A DNA stretch of 64,000 nucleotides, taken from positions 1,888,001 to 1,952,000 of the forward strand of contig OZ242010.1 of assembly GCA_965204745.1 (NCBI GenBank). Direction: 5' to 3'. The position numbers and the translations under genes are program-made. This DNA comes from Candidatus Latescibacterota bacterium (GTDB lineage: Bacteria > Latescibacterota > UBA2968). The notes under the pieces were generated by a model. That model was not told the DNA's origin, searched no databases, and saw nothing but the letters and a program-made list of their open reading frames with translations. This document shows positions 58,831-64,000 of this stretch, one piece after another; the first letter of the stretch is position 1; the number at the start of each line of letters is the position of its first letter.

Positions 58831-59415
58831 ATGCCTAACCGATGGTTTATCACCTATTGCGCGGGCCTGATGCTGATGGCACTTGCGGCAACGCCTGCGG
58901 CAGCGACGACCGTGAAAACCTTTGCCTTTGAAGAAATGTGCGAAACCGCGCAGACCATTGTACACGTCCAATGCCTCGCCCGCGAAAACGCCATCTTTCC
59001 CAAGCGCAAGGGCATCTTTACCCAAACGCGATTCCGCGTTCTAGAAGTGGTGAAGGGACAGGCAGACGAGGAAATGGTACTCGTGTTGCCCGGCGGCGAA
59101 TGGGAAGGCCAACGCATGCATGTGCCCGGAATACCGCAATTTGCAGCCGGCAAAGAAACCGTGCTGTTTCTCTCAAAAACCGACACTTTCGGCTCTCCAT
59201 GGCCAGTCGGCTTGGGGCAGGGATGCTATCCCGTGCAAGTAGAGGAAGGCAAAGACCGCAGCGTAAGGCTCCGCCCGGGGCACACCCCTTTGCCTTTGAA
59301 CATCCGCCGCAAACCCACACAAACCCCGCACACAGACATGGCATTGCGCGACTTTCTCACCGCAATACGCGAAGTACTCGCCTTGCCCAAAAACAATCCC
59401 CCATCCGAGCAGTAA
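58831..59415 (+). CDS. Secreted hypothetical protein
   Basis: Signal peptide ending AAA-TT, with PGG..G..VPG.PQF..G.E.VLFL. GAGGAG RBS. Confidence 0.7.
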   Translation: MPNRWFITYCAGLMLMALAATPAAATTVKTFAFEEMCETAQTIVHVQCLARENAIFPKRKGIFTQTRFRVLEVVKGQADEEMVLVLPGGEWEGQRMHVPGIPQFAAGKETVLFLSKTDTFGSPWPVGLGQGCYPVQVEEGKDRSVRLRPGHTPLPLNIRRKPTQTPHTDMALRDFLTAIREVLALPKNNPPSEQ

Positions 59416-59464
59416 GAGGCGAGAAGGTTGCCCGAAACGCAGGCGCGCGGCTCCCAATGAACAG

Positions 59465-59499
59465 AAAAAGCGGACACACAATCGCGTGTCCGCTTTTTT
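59465..59499. terminator. Bidirectional intrinsic terminator
   Basis: AAAAAGCGGACAC-loop-GTGTCCGCTTTTTT between convergent genes. Confidence 0.7.
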
Positions 59500-59723
59500 G
59501 CGAAACCCAACCCATGCCGCGACAAAACACATCGCACAGCCTACGAGAAGCGGAACGGGGTACAACTTCATCATCGAAGGGCATCGGATTTTGGGGTTGT
59601 TGGGTGGCCTTCTCCCGTCTCCCTTCTTGCCTCTCACTGGTGGATGGGCTGTTGGGCGGCCCTCTCCCGTCTCACTTCTCGCTTCTTACCGGTGGATGGG
59701 CTGTTGGGTGGCCTTCTCCCGTC

Positions 59724-60452
59724 TCACTTCTCACTTCTTACTGGTAGATGGGCGGAGGCGGGCTGACCACTGACCGCTGACAGGTCATCGTCATCCACCG
59801 GCGGGCTGGCAATTGCGCCCACAGACACGGCATGCGCGCCTGCGGCCCACAGAGCGAGAACGCACGCATTGAGCGTCGCGCCGGTAGTGATGACGTCGTC
59901 AATCAAAAAAATGTCGCGGCCCGCAATGGTCGCGGGTTTCCGCACGCGGAACGCGCCCATCACATTGTATTGGCGTTCAAAAACGCCCAAGCGCGTTTGC
60001 GTGGGGGTGGCGCGGACGCGATTTAGCGCGTTGGGGATCACGCGGACGCCCGATACCCGGCCAGCAGCCCTTGCGATTATCTCGCTCTGATTGTACCCGC
60101 GTGCTCGTTTTTTGGTCGGATGGAGGGGCACTGGAACGATCACCGAGTCCGGATTGACCATATTCGCAATCCGTTGCCCCAGTGCCACCCCGAGTATTTG
60201 CCCGGGCAGGGTTTTGCCCCGGTATTTGAGCGCGTGAATCAATGCCCGCACGCAGTCGTTAAATTGGTACAAAATCACCGCGTGATCAAAGTCGCATTCA
60301 AAATTCTCCTCGCTTGGCGTCCAATCCTCGAATTCCTCTGTGCAGGCATCGCATATCCCCGGCGCGTCCGGCAACGATGTGCTGCAAATCAAGCAGGACG
60401 ACGGATACACAAAATTGAGGGCCGCACGCCAAAGTTTTTTCGCTGGTTGCAT
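59724..60452 (-). CDS. comF: ComF family protein (zinc ribbon plus phosphoribosyltransferase domain)
   Basis: CLIC..CDAC, VPVPLH..K.R.RGYNQSE and IDDVITTGATL motifs. Confidence 0.88.
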   Translation of the reverse strand: MQPAKKLWRAALNFVYPSSCLICSTSLPDAPGICDACTEEFEDWTPSEENFECDFDHAVILYQFNDCVRALIHALKYRGKTLPGQILGVALGQRIANMVNPDSVIVPVPLHPTKKRARGYNQSEIIARAAGRVSGVRVIPNALNRVRATPTQTRLGVFERQYNVMGAFRVRKPATIAGRDIFLIDDVITTGATLNACVLALWAAGAHAVSVGAIASPPVDDDDLSAVSGQPASAHLPVRSEK

Positions 60453-60465
60453 CTTTCCGCTCCTT

Positions 60466-61644
60466 TTAGAGTTCGTAGTGGTCGATTTTGCGGTAGAGGG
60501 TGCGCTCGGACATGCCGAGGAGTTTTGCGGTGCGTTTGCGGTGGCCGCCGGTTGCGCGGAGGGCGTTGACGATGGCTTCGCGCTCGAGTTCGCGCAGGGG
60601 GCGGATGTCGGCTTCTGTGGGCGTTGGGTCCATGGCTGGGGGTTCGGTGGTGTCGGGGGGTTCGGTGTATTCGACTATTTCCGTGCCTTCGATGGGCGCG
60701 TCGTACACGGGAAGGCCCGGCGGGGGCGGTTGCAAATTTTGCATGAGATAGGCTTTGAGTTCTTTGACGTCGCGGGCGACTTCGAGGATGGCCCAATAGA
60801 GCAGGTCGCGGTGGGATTCGGCCGGGGTTTTGCCGGTGGGGACCGGGAGAAACGAGGATTCTGGTTCGGGCGGCGCGTCGAGATAGGGGGCGAGGTCGGA
60901 CGCGGAGATGCGGCGGGTTTTGGACAAGACCATGAGGCGTTCGATGAGGTTGATGAGTTCCCGCACATTGCCGGGCCAGTGGTACTGTTGCAACAGGGCG
61001 AGCGCGTCTGGTGTAAATTCGATGGGCGGCATGTGGCGTTCATCGCTCAGTTTTTGGATGTGGTGTTCGGCGATGAGGGGGATGTCTTGGGGGCGGTTGT
61101 GCAGGGGGGGCATTTCGATTTCAATGACGCGGAGGCGTTGGTAGAGGTCTTGCCGAAACGCGCCTTGGGAGACGGCTTGTTGCAGATTGCGATTGGTGGC
61201 GGCGATGACGCGGACATCTACGGGAATGGCACGGGTGTTGCCCAAGCGGGTGACTTCTTTGGCGTCGAGGACGCGCAACAGGCGCACTTGTGCCGCGGGC
61301 GACATTTCGCCGATTTCGTCCAGGAAAACCGTGCCGCGATGGGCGGCTTCAAAGATGCCTTGCCGCTTTGTGCGCGCGTCTGTGAACGCGCCTTTTTCGT
61401 GGCCGAAGAGTTCGCTTTCGAGCAGGGTTTCGGGGATGGCGCCGCAGTTGACGATCAGAAAGGGTTTGTCACTGCGCGTGCTTTGCCGGTGGATGGCTTC
61501 GGCGACGAGGTTTTTCCCAGAGCCGCTTTGGCCCGTGATGAGCACGCTGACGGGCGTGGGCGCGATTTGCGCGATGCTTTCGCGGACCTGTTGCATGGCG
61601 TCTGAGCGTCCGATGATCGGGGCTTGTTGGAGGTCGGTTGGCAT
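60466..61644 (-). CDS. Sigma-54-interacting AAA+ regulator with Fis-type HTH
   Basis: GQSGSGK, ESELFGHEKGAFTDA, FLDEIGE, WPGNVREL and a C-terminal HTH. Start MPTDLQ at 61644. Confidence 0.92.
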   Translation of the reverse strand: MPTDLQQAPIIGRSDAMQQVRESIAQIAPTPVSVLITGQSGSGKNLVAEAIHRQSTRSDKPFLIVNCGAIPETLLESELFGHEKGAFTDARTKRQGIFEAAHRGTVFLDEIGEMSPAAQVRLLRVLDAKEVTRLGNTRAIPVDVRVIAATNRNLQQAVSQGAFRQDLYQRLRVIEIEMPPLHNRPQDIPLIAEHHIQKLSDERHMPPIEFTPDALALLQQYHWPGNVRELINLIERLMVLSKTRRISASDLAPYLDAPPEPESSFLPVPTGKTPAESHRDLLYWAILEVARDVKELKAYLMQNLQPPPPGLPVYDAPIEGTEIVEYTEPPDTTEPPAMDPTPTEADIRPLRELEREAIVNALRATGGHRKRTAKLLGMSERTLYRKIDHYEL

Positions 61645-61655
61645 GGGATGGTCTG

Positions 61656-64000
61656 TTAGGGTGAGCGTTCGTTTTTGAGTTGCTGGATGCGCTTTTCCGC
61701 GCCGTAGCCGTAGTTGCTGGTCGCGCCGTAGCGGGTTTTGATGTCCTCGAGTTCGCGGATGGCTTGGGCGATGTTGTTTTGTGCGGCGTAGCAATCGGCG
61801 ATTTTCATTTGGGCGGATGCGATCCAGAGGTCGGTCGCCGTTGCGTTGTAGCGCAAGATCAAAAATTCCCGCTGGGCGTCTGCGTAGTGGCCCTGCGCGA
61901 AATAGCTTTCGGCGATGGCGTATTGGATGTTCGCTTTTTCGTGTTCATGGGTGACGAGGTCGAGCAAGGGGCGCAGTTCCGCGATGGCTTGTTGGTGGTC
62001 GCCTTTGTTGGGCAAGTAAATCGTGCCGATGTCGATGCGGGCCTCGAGGGCGAGGGGGTGTTGTGGGTGTTCGCGGATGAGTTGGCGCGCGAAGTCGATG
62101 GCGAGGTCGTAGGCGTGGAGGTTGCCGTAACTCTTTGCGATTTTGTGGAGGATTTCGGGTTTTTCAACTTGAGGGACGCCTTTTTCAAGGGCGTTGCGGT
62201 ACGCACGGGCCGCGAGGTTGTACTCTTCGTTGCGTTCCCAAAATTCGGCAAATTCGAGGTTGGCTTTGGCCCAATGCGGGCTGTCGGAAAAATTTTTGAC
62301 GAAGGTGCTGAGGGCGTTGAGATAGGGGTCGTTGTCGCCCTGTTTGTCCGGCCCTTCGGCGTCATAGGCGCGGATGATGTGGTAATGCGCGTCGCGCCCG
62401 GCTTCGGTGGCGGGGTATTTTTCGATGACGTCTTCAAAGATCTGCCGGGCTTTTTTGGCATTTTTGATGGCGAGTTGGTACTCGCCTTTTTCCACCTCGA
62501 AGCGCGCGCGCCATTCGGTCGCGGTTTTGTGGTCTTTTTTGAATCGGCCCGCGGCTTTGTCGGCTTGGTCGATGCGTCGCAGGCGGTAGAGGCACAACAC
62601 TTCGCGGGCCGCGCCGGTTTGGGTGCGCGCGGGTTTGGGCACGCGCCGGTAAGCGGCTAGGGCCTCGGCGTATTTTTCGGTTTGAAAGAGCAGGTCGCCC
62701 ACGGCTTGGTCGGCCTGCGTGCGGAGCGGGCTATCCGGGTATTGTCGGGAAAAGTTGCGGTAGGCGGTCAGGGCTTCGGCGGTGCGGTTGAGGGCGGTTA
62801 GGTGTTCGGCGCGGGTGAAGGCGATGCTGTCGGCGTCTGGGGCGTGGGGGAATTTGCGGAGGAATAGGCGGTAGGTGTCGATGGCGCGGGCGCGTTGATC
62901 GTCGTGAAAATAGGATTGGGCCAGGCGGCGCAATAGCGCGGGCGTGGGGGCGCGCTGGCTGAGGGATTCGTCGATTTCTATGGCGCGTGGATAGTCGGCG
63001 AGGTGGTAGTAGCTTTCGGCCAAAAGCTCGCGGGCAGAGCGGCGCAGCGCGAGGGGCGGGGCAATGGCTAAGAGTTCGGAAAAGGCTTCTGCTGCGCTGG
63101 CGTAGAACTCGCGGTTGAGGAGGATGCGGCCGAGTTGAAAATGCGCGGGCGCGGCCCTGTCGCTGCTGGGATATTCAAAGAGGAAATTTCGGAGGGTTTC
63201 TTCGGCTTGGGCGTGTCGCTGTTGCAGGGCTTGGCACAGGCCGATGCGATAGGTGGCTTTTTCTTTGAGGATGGGATCGACGGCCTCTTGTCGAACTCGG
63301 AGATAGAGGGCCAAGGCCGAGTCGATAGCCGCGGTTGAGAAGTGGGCGTTGGCGATGCGGAGGCGCAGGTCCTGTTGCAGGTCGCTGTTGGGATAGGTGG
63401 TTTCAAAATCGCGGTACGCGCTCAGGCGGATTAGGGCGCGGAGGGTGTCGGGTTGTAAGTCGGCGGTTGCCGCGTCGATGACGGCAAGGGCGGCGTTGTC
63501 GGCCCAATCGCTGTCGGGAAATTTTTCGACGATCATTTTGAGTGTCGTTATGCCCTCGTGGCGCCAGTCGTCTGGGGATTGGTTTTCGAGTGTGGCTTTG
63601 CGGGCGCGTTTCAAATAGCTGCAGCCCAAGAGATAGGCGGCTTCGGGAGACCAGGAGAGGGTGTCTTCGCTCGCTAATGCGGCTTTGAGGTGGGCGGTGG
63701 CGCGGGTATAGTGTTTTTGGCGATAGAGGGTTTGGCCGAGGGCGAGTTGTGTGCGGTCGTCTCGAGCGGGCAGGTTGGCGAGCAAGGCGAGCCAGACGCT
63801 GTCGCGGTGGGTTTCAATGCCAAATTCGGTGAGGAGTTGGATGCGGGTTTCGGCGGTTTCGGCGCGCGGGCCGTCCGCGTGATTTTTGAGGTAGGCGCGG
63901 TATTCCCGGAGGGCAGGCGCGGGTAGGGCGCGTTTTTCAAATACGCGGGCGAGGCCAAATTGGGCTTCGGCGGCGGCGGGTGTGCCGGCGATGAGGGCGC
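61656..64000 (-). CDS. Large tetratricopeptide-repeat protein (5' end beyond window)
   Basis: The frame stays open to the window end. Many TPR/YfiO-like repeats (..FL..YP.S..A..A.F.LG). Confidence 0.88.
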   Translation of the reverse strand, partial: ALIAGTPAAAEAQFGLARVFEKRALPAPALREYRAYLKNHADGPRAETAETRIQLLTEFGIETHRDSVWLALLANLPARDDRTQLALGQTLYRQKHYTRATAHLKAALASEDTLSWSPEAAYLLGCSYLKRARKATLENQSPDDWRHEGITTLKMIVEKFPDSDWADNAALAVIDAATADLQPDTLRALIRLSAYRDFETTYPNSDLQQDLRLRIANAHFSTAAIDSALALYLRVRQEAVDPILKEKATYRIGLCQALQQRHAQAEETLRNFLFEYPSSDRAAPAHFQLGRILLNREFYASAAEAFSELLAIAPPLALRRSARELLAESYYHLADYPRAIEIDESLSQRAPTPALLRRLAQSYFHDDQRARAIDTYRLFLRKFPHAPDADSIAFTRAEHLTALNRTAEALTAYRNFSRQYPDSPLRTQADQAVGDLLFQTEKYAEALAAYRRVPKPARTQTGAAREVLCLYRLRRIDQADKAAGRFKKDHKTATEWRARFEVEKGEYQLAIKNAKKARQIFEDVIEKYPATEAGRDAHYHIIRAYDAEGPDKQGDNDPYLNALSTFVKNFSDSPHWAKANLEFAEFWERNEEYNLAARAYRNALEKGVPQVEKPEILHKIAKSYGNLHAYDLAIDFARQLIREHPQHPLALEARIDIGTIYLPNKGDHQQAIAELRPLLDLVTHEHEKANIQYAIAESYFAQGHYADAQREFLILRYNATATDLWIASAQMKIADCYAAQNNIAQAIRELEDIKTRYGATSNYGYGAEKRIQQLKNERSP

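Overview
Bacterial DNA of about 55-60% GC (estimated by eye). The sulfatase-rich catabolic genes, secreted repeat proteins and abundant 7-bp repeats suggest an uncultured marine, possibly sponge-associated, diderm heterotroph; this is inference only. The dominant feature is a 29.5-kb head-to-tail array (2385-31929) of 12 intact paralogous genes separated by near-constant 29-bp spacers. Each encodes a polytopic, GT-C glycosyltransferase-like membrane domain fused to 2-3 copies of a ~110-aa two-Cys C-terminal repeat. The scaffold is almost invariant, while short loops are hypervariable and shuffled between copies, as in a recombination-diversified repertoire. The second highlight is two near-identical 1293-bp IS110 (IS621-type) elements. 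Their upstream non-coding region can be read as a bridge RNA whose guide segments match the element's own ends and the genome's heptamer repeats, into which both copies are inserted. The rest of the window holds an IS5/IS903 end, three sulfatases, a GH2, a GDPD, an aldo-keto reductase, an ABC-ATPase/TOPRIM-like pair split by a heptamer tract, a rhodanese, an RsmC-like methyltransferase, a molybdenum hydroxylase M-S-L operon, a secreted double-SAM repeat protein, hpt, an Asp-type murA, a CCA-family enzyme, a ComF-like gene, a sigma-54 activator and a truncated TPR gene.
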